Part shown: positions 25,859 to 34,539 of the stretch, one piece after another | Numbering within the stretch: the first letter of the stretch is position 1 | Layout of the letters: each line of letters starts with the position of its first letter | From: an uncultured Dehalococcoidia bacterium | GTDB taxonomy: Bacteria > Chloroflexota > Dehalococcoidia > UBA2247 > RBG-13-53-26 | Reading direction: 5' to 3' | DNA length: 34,539 bases | Assembly: GCA_964457045.1 (NCBI GenBank) | Contig: CAYWDP010000003.1 | Coordinates: 1-34,539 of the forward strand | Notes under the pieces: generated by a model | Told to the model about the DNA's origin: nothing | The model's input: only the letters and a program-made list of their open reading frames with translations | Database searches by the model: none | Translations under genes and position numbers: made by a program

Positions 25859-25873
25859 ATAAGGAACTCAAAA

Positions 25874-26239
25874 TTGGACATCAAAAAGCGTAGCTATCTG
25901 TTGGCACTAAAAGTAATCGACCTAACAGAGTCGCTGCCTCATGATCAGACCTGTAAGGTTATCGGCGACCAACTGCTAAGGAGTGCTACAAGTATTGGAG
26001 CAAATATCGTAGAGGCTCAAGCCGGGAGTTCTAGAAGGGATTTCGCAAATTTTCTAAACCACGCCTTAAAATCAGCCAACGAGACCAAATTCTGGTTGGA
26101 CCTTTTACGGGATGCTGGCAAGAAAAGCGAAAGGGAAGTTACCCCTTTACTAGAAGAAACAAAGGAGTTATCTAATATCCTTGCCTCAAGCATCCTAACG
26201 CTTAAAAAGAAGTCAGGGAATTCTCAAAATGCAAAATGA
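25874..26239 (+). CDS. Four-helix-bundle protein (23S rRNA intervening-sequence protein / Avd-like family)
   Basis: 121 aa. The pattern LT..LP......IGDQLLRSATSIGANIVEAQ......DF..FL..AL.SA.ET.FWL.LL is typical of this family. TTG start 8 nt after AAGGA. Confidence 0.8.
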   Translation: MDIKKRSYLLALKVIDLTESLPHDQTCKVIGDQLLRSATSIGANIVEAQAGSSRRDFANFLNHALKSANETKFWLDLLRDAGKKSEREVTPLLEETKELSNILASSILTLKKKSGNSQNAK

Positions 26240-26259
26240 AAAGGTCAAAATTTAATTTT
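26215..26259 (+). repeat. Direct repeat copy 2
   Basis: See copy 1. It overlaps the last codons and the stop of the four-helix-bundle gene. Confidence 0.85.
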
Positions 26260-26304
26260 TGCCTTTTGAATTTGTAAATTTTGAACTGAAAGGGGGTGAT
26301 TAAT

Positions 26305-26562
26305 ATGGCAGAAGAGGTGGAAATCGGCAGTGTGAGCGATTTCTTTGCCCGACCAGTAGTGGCAGGCATCGAGTTGACTGCCAATCTTAAGGTTGGTGAC
26401 AAGATTCACATTAAGGGGCATACCACTGACCTGGAGCTGGTGGTCGAGTCGATGCAGATCCAGAATGTGAATGTTACCGAGGGCAAACCAGGGGACGCCG
26501 TAGGGGTCAAGGTCCCTGACCGAGTGAGGCGAGGAGACAAGGTTTGTAAGGTGATCGAGTAG
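26305..26562 (+). CDS. Translation elongation factor-like small protein (EF-Tu domain 2-like beta-barrel)
   Basis: 85 aa. G.V..FF....VA.IE....L.VGD.I.I.G.T.......S.Q......E...GD.VG.KV...VR.GD.V pattern. The ATG at 26305 sits 6 nt after GGGGGTG; the track starts at GTG 26296. Confidence 0.65.
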   Translation: MAEEVEIGSVSDFFARPVVAGIELTANLKVGDKIHIKGHTTDLELVVESMQIQNVNVTEGKPGDAVGVKVPDRVRRGDKVCKVIE

Positions 26563-26568
26563 GGACCT

Positions 26569-27042
26569 CTATGATCCTGTAGCCTTGATAAGGTTCGCCA
26601 TCTCAATACCATGCATGGCAGCCCGGAAGCCCATGTTGCCATCTTTTGTCCCCGCCCTCTCAATAGCCTGCTCCAGGGTATCAGCAGTGATTATGCCAAA
26701 GATGGCAGGTATGCCTGTGTCCAGTCCCACTTTGGCGATGCCCTTGCTTACCTCAGCAGCGATATATTCGAAGTGAGGTGTTCCCCCACGAATGACAGCG
26801 CCAAGGCAGATAATGGCATTATACTTCCCCGATTGTGCCATCCTCTTAGCAATGAGAGGTATCTCAAAGGCGCCTGGTGTCCAGGCGACCTCGATATCCT
26901 CCTCCTTAACGCCATGGCGGAGCAAGGCATCCTCAGCTCCTTCGACCAGCCTGGCCGAGATAAACTCATTGAAGCGGGAGACAACCAGCATAAATCTCAG
27001 GCCTTCCCCCAGCAGCACACCTTCATAACGCTTCTTCATCAT
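26569..27042 (-). CDS. ribH: 6,7-dimethyl-8-ribityllumazine synthase
   Basis: 157 aa. [19 protein letters not shown] and [13 protein letters not shown] motifs. Confidence 0.95.
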   Translation of the reverse strand: MMKKRYEGVLLGEGLRFMLVVSRFNEFISARLVEGAEDALLRHGVKEEDIEVAWTPGAFEIPLIAKRMAQSGKYNAIICLGAVIRGGTPHFEYIAAEVSKGIAKVGLDTGIPAIFGIITADTLEQAIERAGTKDGNMGFRAAMHGIEMANLIKATGS

Positions 27043-27048
27043 TTCCTC

Positions 27049-28257
27049 CTATTTTTTATCAGCCCCCAGACGATGCCCCAACTTTCTGCCCTTGGTCTCT
27101 AGATAAGAGGCATTATAGGGGGTTGGTGGGGCCACAATGGGCACGGTCTCCACTACCTGAAGGTCATACGCCTCCAAGCCTACCACCTTTTTGGGATTAT
27201 TGGTCAGCAAACGAATGCGGTGCAAACCGAGGTCAACTAAAATCTGAGCCCCAATGCCATAGTCCCGCAGGTCAGCAGCAAAGCCCAGAAGTCTATTGGC
27301 TTCCACGGTGTCCGCTCCCTGGTCCTGGAGAGAATAAGCCCGGAGCTTATTATGAAGCCCAATGCCCCGACCTTCCTGTCGCATGTAGAGGAATACCCCC
27401 CTCCCCTCAGCAGCAATACTTTGCATCGCCATGGCAATTTGCTCCCCACAATCACAGCGGAGACTGGCGAAGACATCGCCGGTGAGGCATTCACTATGCA
27501 CTCTTACCAGCACTGGCTCGTCACCAGAGATATCGCCTCTCACCAAGGCTACATGCTCATCGGGGTCGATGGTGCTCCTATAGGCGATGACAGTAAATTC
27601 ACCATGCTTAGTAGGCAGCTTAGCTTCAGCTACACGACGCACCAACTTCTCGTGGCGACGGCGATGGGTAATCAGGTCAGCTACGCTTATTATTTTGATG
27701 TCATGCTTATCTGCCATCTCCTTCAATTGAGGCAGACGCGCCATAGTGCCATCCTCATTCATAATCTCGCAAATGACCCCGGCAGGATATAGACCAGCTA
27801 GCTTGGCTAAATCGACCGCTGCCTCCGTATGCCCGGCACGCACCAAGACACCTCCCTCCCTCGCCTTTATGGGGAAAACATGCCCCGGACGAGCTATATC
27901 CTGTGGCTTGATAGCCGGGTCAAGCACCGCTTTTATAGTGGCTGCTCGGTCGTAGGCAGAGATACCGGTGGTTACTCCGTGCTTTGCCTCAATAGATACA
28001 GTGAAGGCGGTGGAAAACCTGGAGGTGTTATCTTGAACCATCATGGGGATTCTTAACTCTTCCAGCCTCTCACCAACGATGGGCAGACAAATTAGCCCTC
28101 TTGCCTCCTTGGCCATCAAGTTGATTGCCTCAGGGGTAACCTTCTCTGCAGCCATAGCTAGGTCACCCTCATTCTCCCGGCTTTCATCATCGACAAGGAT
28201 AACCATCTTGCCAGCTTTAATATCCTCAATTGCTTCTGGAATCTTAGCTAGTGTCAA
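27049..28257 (-). CDS. ribBA: Bifunctional 3,4-dihydroxy-2-butanone-4-phosphate synthase / GTP cyclohydrolase II
   Basis: 402 aa. DHBP synthase N-half ([11 protein letters not shown]) and GCH-II C-half ([17 protein letters not shown]). Confidence 0.95.
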   Translation of the reverse strand: MTLAKIPEAIEDIKAGKMVILVDDESRENEGDLAMAAEKVTPEAINLMAKEARGLICLPIVGERLEELRIPMMVQDNTSRFSTAFTVSIEAKHGVTTGISAYDRAATIKAVLDPAIKPQDIARPGHVFPIKAREGGVLVRAGHTEAAVDLAKLAGLYPAGVICEIMNEDGTMARLPQLKEMADKHDIKIISVADLITHRRRHEKLVRRVAEAKLPTKHGEFTVIAYRSTIDPDEHVALVRGDISGDEPVLVRVHSECLTGDVFASLRCDCGEQIAMAMQSIAAEGRGVFLYMRQEGRGIGLHNKLRAYSLQDQGADTVEANRLLGFAADLRDYGIGAQILVDLGLHRIRLLTNNPKKVVGLEAYDLQVVETVPIVAPPTPYNASYLETKGRKLGHRLGADKK

Positions 28258-28273
28258 TCTAAACCCCCTTAGC

Positions 28274-28897
28274 TTAAGTCAAAAAGCCCTGCTCAACTAG
28301 AAAGTCAAGGGTAATGCTACCCCGCCTCTCTTTAAGTTTCTCCAAATATTTAGCCACTATGTCTACCTCTAGATTGACCAAATCCCCAGGGCGCTTACTA
28401 CCCAAAATGGTATGTTCCAGAGTATAAGTGACCAGGGAAACACTAAAGGAAGTCGTGTCACAGCTGGTCAGCGTCAGGCTTGCACCGTCAACAGCAATGA
28501 AGCCCTTCTCCACCAAATAGCGCATTATCTCCTGGGGGGCAGCACATCTAGCAATAACAGCCCCCGCTTCAGGTAACAGGGAATGGACCCTGCCTGTAGC
28601 GTCTACGTGTCCTTGCACCAGGTGTCCCCCTAAGCGTCCGCCTATCGCCAGAGGTCGTTCCAGATTTACCTGAGACCCCGGGCGTAACAATCCTAGATTA
28701 GTGCGCCGCAGAGTCTCAGGCATAATATCCACCGAGAAAGAGTTAGCATCGAGGGCACTGATTGTCAGACAAGCCCCATTAATAGCCAGACTATCACCAA
28801 GCTTCGTCCCCTGGAGCACCTTGGTGGCAGAAACAGTAATCCGCCCTGGACGCACTGACTTCACTACGCCTATCTCTTCAATGATACCGGTAAACAT
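28274..28897 (-). CDS. ribE: Riboflavin synthase (alpha chain)
   Basis: 207 aa. [11 protein letters not shown]-terminus and duplicated lumazine-binding halves. 1-nt TAATG overlap with ribD. Confidence 0.95.
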   Translation of the reverse strand: MFTGIIEEIGVVKSVRPGRITVSATKVLQGTKLGDSLAINGACLTISALDANSFSVDIMPETLRRTNLGLLRPGSQVNLERPLAIGGRLGGHLVQGHVDATGRVHSLLPEAGAVIARCAAPQEIMRYLVEKGFIAVDGASLTLTSCDTTSFSVSLVTYTLEHTILGSKRPGDLVNLEVDIVAKYLEKLKERRGSITLDFLVEQGFLT

Positions 28898-29991
28898 TAG
28901 CTTTTCCTCACATATCCACTGATCAACACGTCATCGCCAAGCCTCTCCACCTTAACTCGGCTCAAACTCATTGCCTGGGCTACCTTTTCCACACCTTTGC
29001 CCTCAACAGAGCTCTTCGCCTCTCCTCCCCCAATAATAATAGGGGCGATGAAGACAAGCAACTTATCCACCAAGTCTTGTTCAAAGAGTGAGCCAAAGAG
29101 AGTAGCCCCACCCTCCACCAGAAGGCTGGTAACTTCCCTTTTACCTAAAACCCGCAACAATTCTCCCAAGTCTACCTGCTCCTCCCTTGAAGGTAACCTC
29201 AATACCTCTGCACCAGTCTGGGTAAGAGCCCCTGCCTTGGCTGACTCTATCTCCCCTGCCACTGCTACTAAAGTCTTCCCCGGCATCTGGAGTACCCGAG
29301 CAGTTGTTGGAGTGCGACCTCTACTATCCACTATTATCCGTAAAGGTTGCTTCTCTGCCTTCCCACCTTCCCTGCCAGCTCTAGCGGTGAGCTGTGGGTC
29401 ATCAGCAATAATAGTATTCACCCCCACCATAATAGCATCCACCTGGTGACGCAGACAGTGGACATATCTCCTTGATTCTTCGCCGCTGATCCACCTAGAG
29501 TCGCCAGTTTTGGTGGCAATCTTTCCATCCAGGCTCATAGCAAATTTAGCCAGGACAAAGGGCACGCCACTGGTTATGAACTTAATATAGGATTCGTTAA
29601 TCCCCCGAGCTTCCTCCTCATACTCACCAAGGAATGTCCTTACTCCCGCTGCCTCCAGCTCCGCTTTCCCCCGACCACAAACTAATGGATTGGGGTCAAC
29701 TATAGACAGGTGGACCTCAGCAATGCCAGCAGCAGCAATAGCCTGGGTACAGGGAGGAGTGCGGCCGTAATAAGAGCAAGGCTCCAGAGTGACGTACATT
29801 GTTGCTCCTCTGGCCTTCTCCCCTGCCTGCTGTAAAGCTACTACCTCAGCGTGGTGCGAACCCGGTGGCTGAGTGTATCCTTCCCCCACAATCACCCCCT
29901 CCTTCACTACTACTGCCCCTACCGCTGGGTTAGGGCTAGCGTGACCCAAGGCAAGCTTAGCTAAAGAAAGCGCATGCTCCATGTAGTCCAT
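28897..29991 (-). CDS. ribD: Bifunctional diaminohydroxyphosphoribosylaminopyrimidine deaminase / 5-amino-6-(5-phosphoribosylamino)uracil reductase
   Basis: 364 aa. Deaminase zinc motif HAEV...TLEPC..YGRTPPC, then a reductase domain. Confidence 0.95.
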   Translation of the reverse strand: MDYMEHALSLAKLALGHASPNPAVGAVVVKEGVIVGEGYTQPPGSHHAEVVALQQAGEKARGATMYVTLEPCSYYGRTPPCTQAIAAAGIAEVHLSIVDPNPLVCGRGKAELEAAGVRTFLGEYEEEARGINESYIKFITSGVPFVLAKFAMSLDGKIATKTGDSRWISGEESRRYVHCLRHQVDAIMVGVNTIIADDPQLTARAGREGGKAEKQPLRIIVDSRGRTPTTARVLQMPGKTLVAVAGEIESAKAGALTQTGAEVLRLPSREEQVDLGELLRVLGKREVTSLLVEGGATLFGSLFEQDLVDKLLVFIAPIIIGGGEAKSSVEGKGVEKVAQAMSLSRVKVERLGDDVLISGYVRKS

Positions 29992-30063
29992 GAGATTAGA
30001 ACTCCAAAGTTATAGCGTCAATTATTCGGGTAAGACCTTAAAGGATACCTCAGCTTCGTCGCC

Positions 30064-30092
30064 ATTCTATCATCTGGCAGATGAAAGTGCAA
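30064..30092 (-). promoter_or_regulatory. Putative sigma70 promoter of the rib operon
   Basis: The minus strand reads TTGCAC (30092-30087), a 17-nt spacer, then TAGAAT (30069-30064). It lies ~70 nt upstream of the ribD ATG. Confidence 0.5.
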
Positions 30093-30121
30093 ATAAAAAG
30101 AGAGCCTTGTCCAGGCTCTCT
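30091..30121 (-). terminator. Intrinsic terminator ending the MoxR-DUF58 operon
   Basis: The minus strand reads AGAGAGCC-TGGACAA-GGCTCTCT followed by TTTTTATTT. It lies 15 nt after the stop of the 261-aa membrane gene. Confidence 0.7.
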
Positions 30122-30135
30122 AAAGCACGAAGCTG

Positions 30136-30921
30136 CTAAGCAGAAGCAGACTTCCTTCCAACCAGGATAGAGTAAATAGCAGCTATAAGTATGGCACTCC
30201 CGCCAATGCCCAAGAGGACTGCACTGAAGGGGATATTTGCCACATATTCGCCCAAGAGATGCTCCAGACCAATCGAAGACCCTATGATTATCGCTGTGGT
30301 CAATACCGCCCCCAACAGGATGATGGAAGCAAAAACAACTTTGTTTGCATACCATTTCTTTACATTCGCCGGATCATGCCCCTGGTCTAGCAGATTCACC
30401 CCCGATTCTTTAAACTGAGTGACATAGTGAAGCGCCAGGTATCCCACTATGAGCCAGCCACCAAGCGCCATCATAGGGACAAAGGTCAGGTCCGTTTCCC
30501 AGGCGAAATCGGGTACAAACCATAGCCACTCAGCTGAAGAGAATGCCATTAATGAAGGGAAATAGAGCGCTGCCAGTATTGCCAAAAAGCCCCACACCTG
30601 CCCTCTCCTGGCAACCAGGACTATCCCTAATAGAATAGTCACTGTGCCCAAGCTGAGCCAGAGAGGTGCTACGCGGGCCAAGCAGAGCAGCACCATCAGC
30701 CATATGGCCCCGGCAAGCCAACTCCTCTTGACCACCGAAAGCGCTCCTATGCCTATGGTCGCTAGAACCAAAATAACCCGCATCTCCAGAGAACCGACGA
30801 TGTCAGAGGCGGCATCTTCCACATAGGGATAAGCGAAAGACCTGAAAAAGCTATAGGTCGCAGTGCAGCCTAACGCCACCACAAGTGAAGACTGAGCTAT
30901 CGAGAGAAAACGAAGCGTCAT
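30136..30921 (-). CDS. Hypothetical polytopic membrane protein (~7-8 TM), last gene of the MoxR-DUF58 operon
   Basis: 261 aa, almost entirely hydrophobic helices. ATGA 4-nt overlap with the DUF58 gene. No family recognised. Confidence 0.7.
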   Translation of the reverse strand: MTLRFLSIAQSSLVVALGCTATYSFFRSFAYPYVEDAASDIVGSLEMRVILVLATIGIGALSVVKRSWLAGAIWLMVLLCLARVAPLWLSLGTVTILLGIVLVARRGQVWGFLAILAALYFPSLMAFSSAEWLWFVPDFAWETDLTFVPMMALGGWLIVGYLALHYVTQFKESGVNLLDQGHDPANVKKWYANKVVFASIILLGAVLTTAIIIGSSIGLEHLLGEYVANIPFSAVLLGIGGSAILIAAIYSILVGRKSASA

Positions 30922-32228
30922 TTTGCTCTCACCTGTTTCAGCAAGGCAGTAGCGAAACCTTCAGTTCTAGGATTCCATTCCAGTACTGAGGCCCCCAGCC
31001 GGCGAAGTGACTGAACCATCGAGCGAGTCTCCAGGTGCAGAATGGCAGCAGCATTATCTTCATACTCGTTCTTCCTATCAATAGCTTCGTAGCCAGCAAT
31101 GCTTATAACCATTACAGGCAATTTTGCCCTTCTCCACCTGCTTCTCAGTGCCCTTATCTTCTTGGTCCCTTCCACGACCAGACCTGAGTAACGGCTGTCA
31201 AGGCGGGTGACAATGACGCAAATGGGTTTATATCCCAAGATATATCTGCGACATTTCTCCACAGCTTCGGGAAGCTCATCAAACCTTGGGGCTGTCTTCA
31301 GGCCCACAAGTTCCCGGGTAAGCCTGTAAAGTTGCTTCCTCCCTGCATCAGGGTAAAACAGTCTTCCCCCGTCATTGTAGATATACATGCCGACGCGGTA
31401 GCCTCTATCCAGGAAATAGAAAGCCACTGCATCGGCGGCCTCCACAGCACGCTCAAAGACGCTCTCTGTAGATATCCCCACCTTCATGTAAATAGATGCA
31501 TCCAAAAAGATCCACGCTGTCTTTTTACCCTCCGCCTCATATTCATTTACCAAGGGCCAGATGATTCCTCTCCTGGCTTGCCTTGCGGTAGCTTTCCAGT
31601 TTATGGCCTTAATCGGGTCTCCATATACATACTTCCTGATTTCCCTGAAATCAGTGGTGGCCAGACCAATCTTGGCAATATCTATCTCCGGGAAGGGTGT
31701 AGATGCAATGCCAGGCATTCCCCGGATTCGCTTCACATTGAGAATCTTGGGGCTAACCGTCATCTCCACCTTGGTACCACTACTTTGCCTTTTCGTCGGC
31801 ACCAAACCTAAAGGGTGTTGAGCTTCCCATTGGGCTGGGGGCATGGAATAGGAGCCCCTCTTGGAGCATTTGACTTTGCAGGAGAGGGAGAAAGACTTTT
31901 CACCCCTTCCCTTCCAATATATTCCAAAATTGTTGCCCTCGAGGACTTGGAAATTCACTGGCAGTTGCTGAGCTACAGCCACTACACCTATGCCGTCCTT
32001 TATCACTACATCGAAGGACAAGGTGTCAACTTCACCTACCCACGAGGGCCCCTTCCTCTGAACCTCCTTGATCTCCACGTTATCAGGCCGCCTGAATAGT
32101 AGCCCCACTAACACCGTGAATAACGGTATGAGGCTCATACTCAAGATAATGGAGTTTCCCAGGGCTAGTCCTATCAGGAAGATGACGATGAACAGGCTGA
32201 TAAGCTTTGTCGTTTCTTTGCTCAGCAT
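30918..32228 (-). CDS. DUF58 domain protein (vWA-like, MoxR partner) with N-terminal TM hairpin
   Basis: 436 aa. Two N-terminal TM helices, DUF58 signature DFREIRKYVYGDPIKAINWKATAR, then a vWA-like region (AWIFLDASIYM). Confidence 0.88.
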   Translation of the reverse strand: MLSKETTKLISLFIVIFLIGLALGNSIILSMSLIPLFTVLVGLLFRRPDNVEIKEVQRKGPSWVGEVDTLSFDVVIKDGIGVVAVAQQLPVNFQVLEGNNFGIYWKGRGEKSFSLSCKVKCSKRGSYSMPPAQWEAQHPLGLVPTKRQSSGTKVEMTVSPKILNVKRIRGMPGIASTPFPEIDIAKIGLATTDFREIRKYVYGDPIKAINWKATARQARRGIIWPLVNEYEAEGKKTAWIFLDASIYMKVGISTESVFERAVEAADAVAFYFLDRGYRVGMYIYNDGGRLFYPDAGRKQLYRLTRELVGLKTAPRFDELPEAVEKCRRYILGYKPICVIVTRLDSRYSGLVVEGTKKIRALRSRWRRAKLPVMVISIAGYEAIDRKNEYEDNAAAILHLETRSMVQSLRRLGASVLEWNPRTEGFATALLKQVRAK

Positions 32229-32233
32229 ATCTC

Positions 32234-33214
32234 CTACCTGGGACGAAAGTCCTTTGGCACTGGGACTTCCTCAAGCACATCCTGTACCACGCTTTCCGGA
32301 CTGAGGCCTTCTAGGGCCTCCTCTATTCTGAGGATGATTCGATGCCCCAGTGCATCCACGGCAAACATCTTCACATCGTCCGGCGTCACGAAGTCCCTGC
32401 TGTTTATCAATGCCATTGCCCGGCCCAGTTTCAGCAAAGCCAGACCTCCTCGAGGGCTGGAGCCGATCTCCACCTTAGGGTGTTCCCGAGTGTTCCGCAC
32501 CAGCTGGCTGATGTAGTCCAGGATGCACTTATCGACATATATGCCCTCCTCCGCCAGCTTTTGCAGAGAACAGAATTGCTCGGCTGAAACTACAGGGTGA
32601 ACATCTACCGAGGGGTCATCCTTTTTCCATTGGATTCTCCTCTCCAGGATCAAGCTCTCCTCCTCTAACGACTGGGCATATCCTGTGGAAAGCTTCATCA
32701 GGAACCTGTCCAGTTGAGCTTCGGGGAGAGGATATGTCCCCTCCTGCTCTATGGGGTTTTGCGTAGCCAGGACAAAGAAGGGCATAGTCAGAGGGTGAGT
32801 CTCCCCCTCAATGGTTACCTGCCTTTCCTCCATGGATTCCAGTAGGGCGGCTTGCGTTTTTGGCGGAGTACGATTGATTTCATCAGCCAGGAGGACATTG
32901 GTGAATACTGGGCCTTTCATCAGCTCAAAGCTGGAGTCCCTCTGCCGCCACACCTTGGTGCCAACTATGTCGGCAGGCAGCAGGTCCGGTGTGAATTGGA
33001 TCCTGGAGTAATTGCAGCCGATAAGCCGGGCGAAGACCTTGACCAACAGCGTCTTTCCCAAGCCAGGGTAGTCCTCGAAAAGGACGTGCCCATTGGCCAG
33101 GCCAGCGGCGAGCAACTTCCTCAGCAAAAGCCGGTGGCCGACAAAGACACCAGCTATGCTCTCCACTAGCTGGTCACAAAGCTTCTTGGCTTCTTCTATA
33201 TCTAAGTCTTTCAT
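32234..33214 (-). CDS. MoxR-family AAA+ ATPase
   Basis: 326 aa. Walker A YPGLGKT, Walker B LLADEINR, and the MoxR-typical ATQNPIEQEGTYPLPEAQLDRF. GGAGG SD 7 nt upstream of the ATG. Confidence 0.93.
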   Translation of the reverse strand: MKDLDIEEAKKLCDQLVESIAGVFVGHRLLLRKLLAAGLANGHVLFEDYPGLGKTLLVKVFARLIGCNYSRIQFTPDLLPADIVGTKVWRQRDSSFELMKGPVFTNVLLADEINRTPPKTQAALLESMEERQVTIEGETHPLTMPFFVLATQNPIEQEGTYPLPEAQLDRFLMKLSTGYAQSLEEESLILERRIQWKKDDPSVDVHPVVSAEQFCSLQKLAEEGIYVDKCILDYISQLVRNTREHPKVEIGSSPRGGLALLKLGRAMALINSRDFVTPDDVKMFAVDALGHRIILRIEEALEGLSPESVVQDVLEEVPVPKDFRPR

Positions 33215-34478
33215 ACTTGCGCCTCCGGCGAGCCAGCAGCTCTTCCCTGCTTTCCTCTTTGGCCGCGTCTTTCAGCGAAGCGACGACGTCGCCCAGTATT
33301 TTCAGGCGGGTTTGCTTGTTCTTCTCCATAATGCCTGCCTGATTCCAGTTAAAGGGATACCACGGTGACTTGGCATCTTCATAGTCAATCAACGGATGGA
33401 GCAGAGTAGATGTCCTGGCCTGGCTGACCCCCATCTTATTCAGCAGCGTGGCCAGATAGACTACAAGGTGGTCCTTTTGGCCTTCCTCGACAAAGGCCTG
33501 TTGAATCCGGCTAAGGTGGGCAAAGTCTTCATCCATTACCCTCTCCATTTCTGGAGTGTACCTTTCCCAGACGGGGAAGAAAGGTGAAGAGGAATGAGCC
33601 TCTATCCGAATTCTGGCGCTTCTGTAGATGTACCACACCGCAAGGCAGACCACAGCCCATTCAACGAGAGGCATGAAGGAAAGCGCGTCAGCGATAGCCG
33701 AGCGGATGACGGCAAAGTAGAGGCCGAGAAATGCGCCTATGATGAAGATCTTGAGTTGCGACCTGCCCATCCAATTGCATACATCGGCTATGAAGGAAGT
33801 CCTCACTTGTTCTCCGTAGGCGCCGAATTTGGCCAGACCGAGCGCTATCACTCCACCGGAAAGGGCGTTGGCCAGCTCAATCCAGTGTCTCGGATGCTCA
33901 GCTAGCGCGCCGAGGTAATGGGGGCTCCACTGGTCAGCTAGCCTGGAAAACATAACCCACATGCTGCCGCCTGCAATCAGCAATCCTGAAGCAGCCACAG
34001 CAGGGGAAAACTTCCAGTACTCAGACTGTTCAAACGACTGGGCAGATGCGAACAGGATGAAACCCAGCACGATAGGCAGCGCATAGAAGACCGTATTGCC
34101 AATGGAGGATGCCAGCAGGTCAGCAGTGAGAAAGAAAAGGGCCAGTGCAGTCAGGGCATAGGCGACCATCGCCGATAAGAGCCCTGAGAAGAAGTTCCTC
34201 GCCAGTCTGGCACCGAGCAGTATGAGCAGAGACGTGCTGAAGGTGAAAACAACGAATTCACGACTGCCGAATATCCGCAGCAGAGAGAAGAGGACGGCGC
34301 AAAGCACCAACCCCAAAACCACCGGCCTGATGGCATCGATTAGCTTTGCCCTCATCGCTGGCTTGAAGACGCTGGCCATCCCCAAGGACAAGCAGACCAG
34401 TATGGAAACGCCTGCTACAACAGCAGCGACTATCACGAAGATATCATACCCGGCAAAGAACGCCTCCCCGATACGCAT
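33174..34478 (-). CDS. Hypothetical polytopic membrane protein (~9 TM) with ~145-aa charged cytoplasmic C-terminal domain
   Basis: 434 aa. ATG preceded by GAGGAGTGAGGGG. The 3' end overlaps the MoxR start by 41 nt. No family recognised. Confidence 0.7.
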   Translation of the reverse strand: MRIGEAFFAGYDIFVIVAAVVAGVSILVCLSLGMASVFKPAMRAKLIDAIRPVVLGLVLCAVLFSLLRIFGSREFVVFTFSTSLLILLGARLARNFFSGLLSAMVAYALTALALFFLTADLLASSIGNTVFYALPIVLGFILFASAQSFEQSEYWKFSPAVAASGLLIAGGSMWVMFSRLADQWSPHYLGALAEHPRHWIELANALSGGVIALGLAKFGAYGEQVRTSFIADVCNWMGRSQLKIFIIGAFLGLYFAVIRSAIADALSFMPLVEWAVVCLAVWYIYRSARIRIEAHSSSPFFPVWERYTPEMERVMDEDFAHLSRIQQAFVEEGQKDHLVVYLATLLNKMGVSQARTSTLLHPLIDYEDAKSPWYPFNWNQAGIMEKNKQTRLKILGDVVASLKDAAKEESREELLARRRRKYERLRYRRSQEAL

Positions 34479-34539
34479 TTCCCCTCACTCCTCGCTGAAG
34501 AGCGCTCTCCAGGACAAGAACATCACCTCATAGTGATAC

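Noticed and set aside
25874-26239. Four-helix-bundle gene as the Avd component of a diversity-generating retroelement
   Set aside because: The window contains no reverse transcriptase gene, no template/variable repeat pair and no target gene.
25579-26259. Integron gene cassette with attC sites
   Set aside because: No integrase is present. The bracketing sequences are direct repeats rather than imperfect attC palindromes, and I see no obvious GTTRRRY core sites.
26611-27102. 163-aa plus-strand ORF antisense to ribH, and the many similar antisense ORFs (for example 1858-2265, 8950-9252, 14384-14848, 22297-22764, 27123-27792, 28997-29449, 31332-31811, 32852-33169)
   Set aside because: Each lies opposite a confidently assigned conserved gene, lacks a ribosome-binding site and has skewed, low-complexity composition. 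These are shadow ORFs.

Overview
This is a 34.5-kb bacterial segment, mid-GC by eye and almost fully coding on both strands. Most of it is housekeeping. In order: tRNA-Ala(GGC); sppA; an rny / ymdB-like / PHP phosphoesterase / B-box membrane protein operon; proB; nnr-coaX-coaBC; valS; a same-strand cluster of acyl-CoA carboxyltransferase, LeuC/LeuD-type aconitase-family dehydratase, isocitrate/isopropylmalate dehydrogenase and class I fumarase alpha; a DUF151 nuclease plus zinc-ribbon pair; orphan livG-livF ATPases; hisS; acyl-CoA dehydrogenase-HIT-pyrF; DUF951; a four-helix-bundle (23S-IVS/Avd-like) gene; an EF-Tu-domain-2-like small protein; ribD-ribE-ribBA-ribH; and a four-gene MoxR-DUF58 operon bracketed by two polytopic membrane proteins I cannot assign to any family. 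Gene content and order suggest a Chloroflexota (Dehalococcoidia-like) genome, but that is inference only. I found no rRNA, CRISPR array, transposase, integrase or recognisable defence gene. Four things are not explained by the gene list. (1) A family of short perfect hairpins has conserved AT-rich loops (ATAAAT, TTTA) and variable stems. It includes an exact 16-nt palindrome present three times, once in frame inside valS, and a 340-nt hairpin cluster after coaBC. (2) A nested inverted-repeat element lies upstream of nnr, and an AT-rich inverted repeat lies after sppA. (3) A 638-bp segment carrying the four-helix-bundle gene is bracketed by ~45-nt direct repeats. (4) The MoxR-DUF58 membrane operon is the best candidate here for an uncharacterised system. 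All calls rest on reading the sequence and ORF translations; no database search was possible.
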